A DNA stretch of 64,000 nucleotides, taken from IMG/VR virus record IMGVR_UViG_3300044632_001003, positions 62,001 to 126,000 of that record; one strand, given 5' to 3'. The notes beneath the pieces are model-generated. The model had not been told where the DNA came from. It saw only the letters and a program-made list of their open reading frames with translations, and ran no database searches. Position numbers and translations under genes: made by a program. How positions within the stretch are numbered: the stretch's first letter is position 1; every line of letters starts with the position of its first letter. Positions 1 to 5,893 of this stretch are shown here, in pieces.

Positions 1-15
1 CTTCGAACTGAGAGT

Positions 16-74
16 ATTGTAGCAGGTCAGCGGCGGGCAGCGGCTAGCAGCAGGTCCAGTAGGACAACTGCCAC
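16..74 (-). promoter_or_regulatory. early promoter cassette (degenerate palindrome + -10 TACAAT)
   Basis: GGTCCAGT-N6-ACTGCCAC at 53-74, 31 bp from -10 at 16-21. Confidence 0.55.
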
Positions 75-242
75 AACCGCCTTCCAAAAGCCCAGGGCGG
101 TGATTCCAAACCACCCCAGCACCAGCACCAGGAGCCACGCTTTCAGGGCAACGACGCCAGCGACGCCAACGATCAGGATACCTGCCAGAGCCACCATCTG
201 CGGGGTGCTGAGGTCCTCAATCCAGGGGTAACGCTTGCTCAT
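27..242 (-). CDS. small hydrophobic/membrane early protein
   Basis: 71-aa ORF with two hydrophobic stretches; promoter cassette directly upstream (264-322). Confidence 0.7.
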   Translation of the reverse strand: MSKRYPWIEDLSTPQMVALAGILIVGVAGVVALKAWLLVLVLGWFGITALGFWKAVVAVVLLDLLLAAARR

Positions 243-263
243 GGGTGCCTTGCGGTTGAGAGT

Positions 264-322
264 ATTGTAAGGGGTCAGCGGTGCCCTTTGGGGCAGGGAG
301 TGGACAGTGCCTCAGGTGTCCT
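264..322 (-). promoter_or_regulatory. early promoter cassette
   Basis: TGGACAGT-N6-GGTGTCCT 301-322; -10 TACAAT 264-269; 31-bp gap. Confidence 0.7.
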
Positions 323-470
323 CATCCTCCCCCAGAATGAACCCATCAACCCATCCTGCTGTGTATCCGTCATCTTTGGTGAACAGGCGGATCTTAAGAA
401 GTTTGGCGATTGCAAAGGGCAAACCGATCACCAGGGCTCCAGGGATGAGAATGGCAAGCAGTTCGGTCAT
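312..470 (-). CDS. 52-aa membrane-anchored early protein (MTELLAILIPG...), below ORF-track cutoff
   Basis: hand translation; promoter 493-551 upstream; stop codon lies inside the 301-322 palindrome. Confidence 0.65.
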   Translation of the reverse strand: MTELLAILIPGALVIGLPFAIAKLLKIRLFTKDDGYTAGWVDGFILGEDEDT

Positions 471-492
471 GGGGTTCCTTTGAACTGAGAGT

Positions 493-551
493 ATTGTAGC
501 GGGTCAGCGGGCGATCAGGTCGCCTGCAGTGTACAGTGCCTGAGCTGTCAC
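493..551 (-). promoter_or_regulatory. early promoter cassette
   Basis: TGTACAGT-N6-GCTGTCAC 530-551; -10 TACAAT 493-498; 31-bp gap. Confidence 0.7.
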
Positions 552-671
552 ATGGCGGACGGGGCGAATCGGTTCCCATAGTATCCAGAGCAGCAGAGCG
601 GCAACGGTCAGGCGAAGCATGGTAGCACGGTGGAACTCAGGGGAACGGGAACGGGTCAGGGAGCGGATCAT
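504..671 (-). CDS. small hypothetical protein (probable start MIRSLT)
   Basis: 3' part of track ORF 504..758; ATG at 671 overlaps the TGA of the upstream ORF. Confidence 0.55.
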   Translation of the reverse strand: MIRSLTRSRSPEFHRATMLRLTVAALLLWILWEPIRPVRHVTAQALYTAGDLIAR

Positions 672-811
672 GCGATGTGAGCAGGGGAACCACAGGAACG
701 GTAGAATTCTACCATACGTTCCGCCTCTGCCAGGGTGGGGAACCATTGCGACCGCCACTCACAGTGGTTGTAGGGGACCTGGTAGCGGACTTCGTAGCGG
801 GTCAGTGCCAT
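668..811 (-). CDS. 47-aa hypothetical protein (MALTRYEVRYQVPYNHCEWRSQWF...)
   Basis: hand translation; resembles small early ORFs I recall from cyanomyophages. Confidence 0.65.
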   Translation of the reverse strand: MALTRYEVRYQVPYNHCEWRSQWFPTLAEAERMVEFYRSCGSPAHIA

Positions 812-905
812 GGGTCAGTTGAAAGACTTTGGGGTGGCGGGTCCGTGACCTCCCGCCTACGGGGTCAAGGGGTCTGTGGGGTTGCCCCCGCCGTTCCTCC
901 CCTTG
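812..905 (-). ncRNA. candidate structured 5' leader RNA (GNRA hairpin + H-type pseudoknot)
   Basis: AAGGGG/CCCCTT stem enclosing GGGG-GCAA-CCCC; crossing stems TGACC/GGTCA and GGCGGG/CCCGCC. Confidence 0.35.
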
Positions 906-913
906 TTGAACAT

Positions 914-972
914 AGTATGGCACGGCAGAGGGGGCAGGTCTATGGGGTGTGTGCCACATTCTGAACTGTCAC
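914..972 (-). promoter_or_regulatory. early promoter cassette
   Basis: GTGCCACA-N6-ACTGTCAC 951-972; -35 TAGACC, 17 bp, -10 CATACT. Confidence 0.75.
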
Positions 973-1553
973 AGCACCTCTTTGCCGAACTTGCCACACA
1001 GGTAGAATGCCATTCCTTTATCTTTCAGGGTGCAACCTGCAAAGGTGAGAGGAACATAGGCGCCGTTAGTTTTAGATGCTTTGGTGCGAATTTGCAGCAG
1101 TCCGTTAGGACCAGTGATGGTGCTCAGTTGCTCACCAGCATTGAACTTAGCACGAATGGTATCACAAATGTGGTTGTAATCCTCCGCCAGTTCCTGATAG
1201 TGTTCGGGGTGAGTTTCAGGGTTCAGAACCTCAGTGCCCACATAATCGTTGGAGCGGGTGAAACCAACGTAGATGGTTTGAGAGAGTTTCTCACCGACTT
1301 TGCTGTCAGCGAAACTAACACTATCCTCCAGAATCTCAGAGAGGCAATGCTTCAGTTGGGTGACAGCGATAGACTCACCAACCGTGAAGGTCTTCAGTTC
1401 TCCATCCACCAGATCTTTCAGGTTGGAACTGTTAGGAATGCCCAGGGCAGTTTCAATCAGTTGCCCACGGGATCCTTTGTTCTTCCCAGGTTTGGCGAAC
1501 GCAGCGAAGTTAGTTACCTTCAGTTGGGCAGCGACTTGCAGGGTGTTGAGCAT
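969..1553 (-). CDS. mutH: MutH/Sau3AI-family endonuclease
   Basis: motifs NKGSRGQLIE..LG, D..DGELK, LQIRTKAS and AFYL parallel MutH (DKG..G..LE, D..ELK, LQIRPKAA, GFYL); start moved to ATG 1553 downstream of promoter 1576-1633. Confidence 0.7.
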   Translation of the reverse strand: MLNTLQVAAQLKVTNFAAFAKPGKNKGSRGQLIETALGIPNSSNLKDLVDGELKTFTVGESIAVTQLKHCLSEILEDSVSFADSKVGEKLSQTIYVGFTRSNDYVGTEVLNPETHPEHYQELAEDYNHICDTIRAKFNAGEQLSTITGPNGLLQIRTKASKTNGAYVPLTFAGCTLKDKGMAFYLCGKFGKEVL

Positions 1554-1575
1554 CGGGTGCGTTGCTGATGAGATT

Positions 1576-1633
1576 AGTATAGGGCACCAGGGGCACCCCA
1601 CAAGGGGGTCTGTGCCACTTCAACGATTGGCAC
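1576..1633 (-). promoter_or_regulatory. early promoter cassette
   Basis: GTGCCACT-N6-ATTGGCAC 1612-1633; -35 TTGTGG; -10 TATACT. Confidence 0.75.
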
Positions 1634-2519
1634 ACTGGAAGCGACCGCTGTTGAAGTTAGCGTTAGAAAAGACCTCACGATTCACCAGTTTGAACATACC
1701 AAACTGATTCACCAGAACGTAACCCTCAGCGTCGATTCTGTTACCGTACAGATAAGCAGCAGGACCATCATTGCGGCAGAGGAACAGGCAGTCATCTTTG
1801 ATAGACTTCACCAATGCCCACAGACGCAGCAGGTTAGCATCACAATCAAAGTCCTCAGGATTCACCTCTTCACCAGCACGAATGCAGGCATTGATCTGTT
1901 GTTTGATCTTTGCCGCTTCCTTCTCACTCACAAAGGTGGCAGTTTGTGCCATCTGACGGGCGAACTTGCACACCTCTTCAACATCAGCGAACGACTCCTG
2001 ATTGTGCAGGATGTATGCATTCGGTTTCACGAACTTCACCGTTTCGGTATCAGTCCAGATGCTACGGTCAGGGAATGCCTGGGCGTCACGAAGATCGCTC
2101 TCAGCATAATAGCAAGTGTGCGGGGCGATGATAATTTTCTGGGAAACTACCTCACCGAACTTATACGTGATGGTGTTAGGATTGTATTCGGTATCACCAC
2201 CGAACCCAATGAAATCACCCTGATAGATGGTTTCGAAACGCGGCAGATAATCGAAGCAAGCGTGAAGAATGTCTGCTACGTTGCCTTCGTAGTGTTGATC
2301 AATGTCCTCATGATTGTGAGCAATACGAATCTTCTTTTTGTTGAACACTGCCTTGGTTCCTACAAAGAACTCACCGCAAGCAGGGTCAATCCCCCACACG
2401 ATGGCAGGGGCACCGTCGATCTTGACGCTCAGGGCACCAGGGGTCACGAACCAGTCCAGGACGCTCAGGTCGCCCGTGAGGATGGTATCTTCGGGGTGCT
2501 CTTGGTGCTTGTTCTGCAT
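1620..2519 (-). CDS. ligase-like nucleotidyltransferase (KxDG), DUF6267-like
   Basis: SVKIDGAP (motif I), YQGDF (III), AEGYVLV (IV), MFKLVN (V). Confidence 0.6.
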   Translation of the reverse strand: MQNKHQEHPEDTILTGDLSVLDWFVTPGALSVKIDGAPAIVWGIDPACGEFFVGTKAVFNKKKIRIAHNHEDIDQHYEGNVADILHACFDYLPRFETIYQGDFIGFGGDTEYNPNTITYKFGEVVSQKIIIAPHTCYYAESDLRDAQAFPDRSIWTDTETVKFVKPNAYILHNQESFADVEEVCKFARQMAQTATFVSEKEAAKIKQQINACIRAGEEVNPEDFDCDANLLRLWALVKSIKDDCLFLCRNDGPAAYLYGNRIDAEGYVLVNQFGMFKLVNREVFSNANFNSGRFQCANR

Positions 2520-2540
2520 CGGTTCTCTGTTGATGGAATC

Positions 2541-2599
2541 AGTATGGCACGAACCAGGGGGGACCGCAACCCCCCCTGTGCCACTTGTTCAACTGTCAC
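2541..2599 (-). promoter_or_regulatory. early promoter cassette
   Basis: GTGCCACT-N6-ACTGTCAC 2578-2599; -35 TTGCGG inside a G6/C6 hairpin, 17 bp, -10 CATACT. Confidence 0.8.
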
Positions 2600-2792
2600 C
2601 CAGGAGGTCTGGATCCAGCAGGTCGGGATAGTAAGACTCAACCTCTGAAATCAGTTCCTCATCAGTATAACTGGTGAGATTTTCTTCCATCTGGTCACCA
2701 ACAATCTGCAGCAAATCTTTGGTGCTCATGTTATCAAGCAAACGGTCGATGTATGCTTCAACCAGTGCTTCACGATCGAAAGTGTCAGTCAT
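2589..2792 (-). CDS. small acidic hypothetical protein
   Basis: 67-aa track ORF, D/E-rich. Confidence 0.75.
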   Translation of the reverse strand: MTDTFDREALVEAYIDRLLDNMSTKDLLQIVGDQMEENLTSYTDEELISEVESYYPDLLDPDLLGDS

Positions 2793-2796
2793 GGTT

Positions 2797-2994
2797 TCAG
2801 TTCAGAACGTGACGATAATCAATGGATTTGATGCACCAACCAGATGCACAAGTGATCTCTTCAACTAAATCATCTTCATCATCTGCCTCCCAGATTTGAC
2901 CAATGTATTCTGCATTTAGAAGGTCTTTGTCATAAGCAGTCATCTCATCATCGTCATCAGTATCAAACTCAATGTAGAGGATTTGGAACTGCAT
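2797..2994 (-). CDS. small acidic hypothetical protein
   Basis: 65-aa track ORF with DTDDDDE and EADDEDD runs. Confidence 0.75.
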   Translation of the reverse strand: MQFQILYIEFDTDDDDEMTAYDKDLLNAEYIGQIWEADDEDDLVEEITCASGWCIKSIDYRHVLN

Positions 2995-3119
2995 CAGTAA
3001 TCGTAGTTAGAGTTCAGATACTCATTGACATCGAACTTTTCATCTTTGAGTTCAGGAATGTCAAGGTCAAAGATCTCACCAGGAGCATCTTGAATCTCAG
3101 ACCAGAGTTCATCAAACAT
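2994..3119 (-). CDS. 41-aa acidic micro-protein (MFDELWSEIQDAPGEIFDLDIPELKDEKFDVNEYLNSNYDY)
   Basis: hand translation; directly behind promoter 3144-3202. Confidence 0.7.
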   Translation of the reverse strand: MFDELWSEIQDAPGEIFDLDIPELKDEKFDVNEYLNSNYDY

Positions 3120-3143
3120 GGCGTGTCTCTCAGGGACGAATGT

Positions 3144-3202
3144 AATGTATCAGGGTCTGGGGGGCATTGCAACCCCCCTTGTGACACTTACTCAACTGTC
3201 AC
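3144..3202 (-). promoter_or_regulatory. early promoter cassette
   Basis: GTGACACT-N6-ACTGTCAC 3181-3202; -35 TTGCAA, 17 bp, -10 TACATT. Confidence 0.8.
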
Positions 3203-3346
3203 ACTCACCTCTTTGATGTTAAGACCCATCAACTGGTTTGTGACACGATTGCAGACAACTTCGGTGGGGTTCTTTACTCTGGACTTCTCATACCAGAAGG
3301 TAACGCAACCATCGTAAGTTTCGACCCGAACTTTAACTTCAGTCAC
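3188..3346 (-). CDS. 52-aa hypothetical protein (GTG start, MTEVKVRVETYDG...)
   Basis: hand translation; behind promoter 3370-3427; stop codon inside the next palindrome. Confidence 0.6.
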   Translation of the reverse strand: MTEVKVRVETYDGCVTFWYEKSRVKNPTEVVCNRVTNQLMGLNIKEVSVTVE

Positions 3347-3369
3347 GGTTGAATCTCAGGAACGAATGT

Positions 3370-3427
3370 ATAATAACCCACGTGGTGGGGTTATGGTAAA
3401 ACTGTGTGCCACTTCACGAACTGGCAC
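3370..3427 (-). promoter_or_regulatory. early promoter cassette
   Basis: GTGCCACT-N6-ACTGGCAC 3406-3427; 30 bp to -10 TATTAT. Confidence 0.75.
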
Positions 3428-3429
3428 AA

Positions 3430-3815
3430 TTGCTCTTGATATCTGCCCTCTGGGTCTTTAAAGTACTTATACCCTACGGACATCGATACCAAAGGTATCT
3501 ATAAGAATTCATATTTCTAGATATCATTCTCAATAAGAAAGGTCTTATTGAGAATTATAATAAAGCACATTTAGATGGTGTGGGAAGGGGTGAGTGGGGT
3601 GAAGCACATATTCTTGCACATAAGGCGGGCTATGTGTGCCGCGTGGGTATCTAGAACTCACCAGCCGCGATTCTCAATAAGAAACTAGTTATTGAGAATG
3701 AGATCTAGATGTGTATGTGTGTATCTAGATGATGTATGATGTGTGCGTCTCGACGAGATATAATGAATGCGTGTGCGATCTAGTCGAGACCACACACGCA
3801 CGTCTCGACGAGATT
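3430..3815. repeat. non-coding repeat/hairpin block A
   Basis: inverted repeats ATTCTCAATAA..TTATTGAGAAT at 3526-3555 and 3670-3699; CTCGWCGAG-type motifs at 3749, 3780, 3804; several TCTAGA; no credible ORF. Confidence 0.75.
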
Positions 3816-4289
3816 CTACCAGTTCTTATTGAACACGAACCCATCTTCGAAATCAAAATCATAACGAAGATTACAGTTCCAGGTAGCATCCCAATCAACT
3901 ACCACGAACGAAGGTGCATCAAACCCATAGATGTCAGTGGTAAATTCTTCGGCAAATGCTGCCTCAGAATCATAAGGACCCTGATAGGCATCTTCGAAAG
4001 ACTGAAGATCCGCCTCATCATAGAGTTCCAGGAATGCATTCACAGCACCCTTACCATAAGAACTACACAGAGTCTGATACAGTTCCTGATACTCTTCGGA
4101 GATCTCATCCTCCAGAGTATCATTGTTCAGGATACCCTTGACAGTCAGCAACTCAGTGTAGAATTCAGTGTATTTGAGTTTGCCATCACGCTCATACCCA
4201 CAGGCACGAACGATTTCAGACATCTTAGCAGGCGGGTTTTGTGCCTGCATTTCATTCACTTTGTTCAGCAGGGAAGAACCAGTCAGCAT
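3816..4289 (-). CDS. fusion of cyanobacterial AbrB-like N-terminal domain and ArdA-like acidic C-terminal domain
   Basis: N-terminus MLTG..LLNKV..SEIVRACGY....YTEFYTELLTVKG; C-terminus YQGPYDSEAAFAEE...VDWDATW...DFEDGFVF. Confidence 0.6.
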   Translation of the reverse strand: MLTGSSLLNKVNEMQAQNPPAKMSEIVRACGYERDGKLKYTEFYTELLTVKGILNNDTLEDEISEEYQELYQTLCSSYGKGAVNAFLELYDEADLQSFEDAYQGPYDSEAAFAEEFTTDIYGFDAPSFVVVDWDATWNCNLRYDFDFEDGFVFNKNW

Positions 4290-4313
4290 GGTCGGTGTCT
4301 CAGGAACGAATGT

Positions 4314-4372
4314 AATGTAGATCGGATTGGTCAGGAACGCAAGGGGGTGTGTGCCACTTATCAGACTGGCAC
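4314..4372 (-). promoter_or_regulatory. early promoter cassette
   Basis: GTGCCACT-N6-ACTGGCAC 4351-4372; -35 TTGCGT, 17 bp, -10 TACATT. Confidence 0.8.
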
Positions 4373-4558
4373 AAGCCCCATCTCATCAATCATAATATCC
4401 CGCACACTTTCACGGTCGAAACTATCACCACAGAAATCAGCACCTGAATGAATGTATTTAAACGTTGCCTCAATGATATCATCATCAGTGGCACCCATAT
4501 CATAAATGCCACCAGGACCATAGAAGGACTTTACGTAACGAATGAATTCCACCATCAC
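4361..4558 (-). CDS. small acidic hypothetical protein
   Basis: 65-aa track ORF with GDSFDRESVRD motif; ends inside the palindrome. Confidence 0.75.
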   Translation of the reverse strand: MMVEFIRYVKSFYGPGGIYDMGATDDDIIEATFKYIHSGADFCGDSFDRESVRDIMIDEMGLVPV

Positions 4559-4782
4559 TTCACCTCCGCCAGCAGCAGTTTGTGAATGCGGTCTGCTTCC
4601 TCTAAGATATCACCATCCAGACGGTCCCACTCTACCCAATCATAGGCAGAAAGTGCAGTCTCATAAGAACCATCAGGCAGCAGGTTAGCATACATCAGAA
4701 CCCGCTGATTGTTTGCATCCAAAGTGTAAGTGCAATTGTTGAGTTTGGAGATGGCGAAAACCATTGGATTTCTCAGCGACAA
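4555..4782 (-). CDS. hypothetical protein
   Basis: 75-aa track ORF; ATGA overlap with the next gene. Confidence 0.7.
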   Translation of the reverse strand: MSLRNPMVFAISKLNNCTYTLDANNQRVLMYANLLPDGSYETALSAYDWVEWDRLDGDILEEADRIHKLLLAEVK

Positions 4783-4786
4783 ATGA

Positions 4787-4860
4787 ATATTACCCCACCA
4801 GAGGACCCAGTGGCCAGAGGACCCAGTGGGGAATCAGTGTGCCACTACCTCAACTGTCAC
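4787..4860 (-). promoter_or_regulatory. early promoter cassette with a 16-bp tandem duplication in the spacer
   Basis: GTGCCACT-N6-ACTGTCAC 4839-4860; CCAGAGGACCCAGTGG x2 at 4798-4829. Confidence 0.65.
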
Positions 4861-4996
4861 ATGCAACGAACTCTTGGAGATAGTAATCCAATGGCAGCTC
4901 AAGTTCAGCCGCTTTCTGTTCCCAAGCATCCCATTCTTCCTGGGAAGCATCATTCAGAAAATCTTCGAAAGTATAATCAAAAACTGGACCACACAT
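4850..4996 (-). CDS. 48-aa acidic protein ending KAAELELPLDYYLQEFV (paralog of 11367..11573)
   Basis: start moved to MCGPVF, downstream of promoter 5021-5079. Confidence 0.7.
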   Translation of the reverse strand: MCGPVFDYTFEDFLNDASQEEWDAWEQKAAELELPLDYYLQEFVACDS

Positions 4997-5020
4997 TGGA
5001 TTAATTGCGACGACGAAGGT

Positions 5021-5079
5021 AGAATATCCCACCTGGTGGCAGATATCAAGGGGTCTTGTGCCAGTTCTCAAACTGTCAC
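5021..5079 (-). promoter_or_regulatory. early promoter cassette
   Basis: GTGCCAGT-N6-ACTGTCAC 5058-5079; -35 TTGATA, 17 bp, -10 TATTCT. Confidence 0.8.
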
Positions 5080-5080
5080 A

Positions 5081-5191
5081 TTACTCGAACGGGTCGAATT
5101 CTTTTACCCTACAATGAACATCTTCGTTAGGTTCGAGTTGCAATAACTCCCGCCAATCGATGTTATCCAGGTCCAGATCATCATAACACAT
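5081..5191 (-). CDS. 36-aa acidic micro-protein (MCYDDLDLDNIDWRELLQLEPNEDVHCRVKEFDPFE)
   Basis: hand translation. Confidence 0.55.
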   Translation of the reverse strand: MCYDDLDLDNIDWRELLQLEPNEDVHCRVKEFDPFE

Positions 5192-5265
5192 GATATCTAG
5201 TGTAACCTGTACGATACGCTTCTGTGCTAACATGAGGTCTAGATGTGTATGTGTACTAGATTATA

Positions 5266-5418
5266 TCATGCATAATGACGATATGCAAGCGATTCGTAAT
5301 CTTGCCCATCTCGTGCATAATCCTCGTCGAGATCTAGTGCATCCTGTGCATAATACTCGTCGAGATCTTGTCCGTAATCGTTGCTGAATGTATAGTCGAG
5401 ATCGTAGTCGTCGTACAT
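5266..5418 (-). CDS. 50-aa Asp/Tyr-rich micro-protein (MYDDYDLDYTFSNDYGQDLDEYYAQDALDLDEDYARDGQDYESLAYRHYA)
   Basis: hand translation; first ORF downstream of the consensus promoter at 5570-5598. Confidence 0.65.
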   Translation of the reverse strand: MYDDYDLDYTFSNDYGQDLDEYYAQDALDLDEDYARDGQDYESLAYRHYA

Positions 5419-5569
5419 AGCTCGTCGAGATTTGTTGAACGCTTATGAATTGTAGCATAAAACTCGACGAGATTGCAAGCCTTATGATGCACCGTCTCGT
5501 CGAGATTCATGCTAGTATATATGCACTCTCGTCGAGAAATGTTAAGATATGCTTATATTTCTCGACTAG
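5323..5569. repeat. phased array of CTCGWCGAG interrupted palindromes (block B)
   Basis: copies start at 5323, 5356, (5392), 5421, 5463, 5496, 5528, 5561. Confidence 0.8.
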
Positions 5570-5598
5570 ATTCTACCATACCCTTATAAGAATGTCAA
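5570..5598 (-). promoter_or_regulatory. consensus sigma70 promoter
   Basis: TTGACA-17-TAGAAT. Confidence 0.8.
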
Positions 5599-5647
5599 GG
5601 TCTGTGAGCCTTATGTGTGGGTCTGGGGATTTTCGGCGGGGCGTGGC

Positions 5648-5676
5648 TTGACAAACTGCGCGTCTTATGCTATACC
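5648..5676 (+). promoter_or_regulatory. divergent sigma70 promoter
   Basis: TTGACA-17-TATACC with extended TG. Confidence 0.6.
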
Positions 5677-5893
5677 TGCTTAGGTCACAAGACTTAGACC
5701 TATTCTCATCAATTAACTCAATTGATTCTCAATTATTCATTTTTATTGAGAATGTTACAAATCACTGACATATATTTAATTTAATATTAACCTTCCATAC
5801 CTCACCATAATACACAACACCAAATTCATTATACCGTGTTATTAATTATACATACACTGTTATAAATCCACAGTACACACCGTGTTATAAACA

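Noticed and set aside
749-770. A twentieth copy of the early palindrome
   Set aside because: Only one half-site matches and the spacing to a -10 box is off (36 bp)
5323-5569. Possible CRISPR mini-array
   Set aside because: The repeat unit is only 9-13 bp and partly protein-coding, orientation alternates, and there is no cas gene or 25-45-bp repeat
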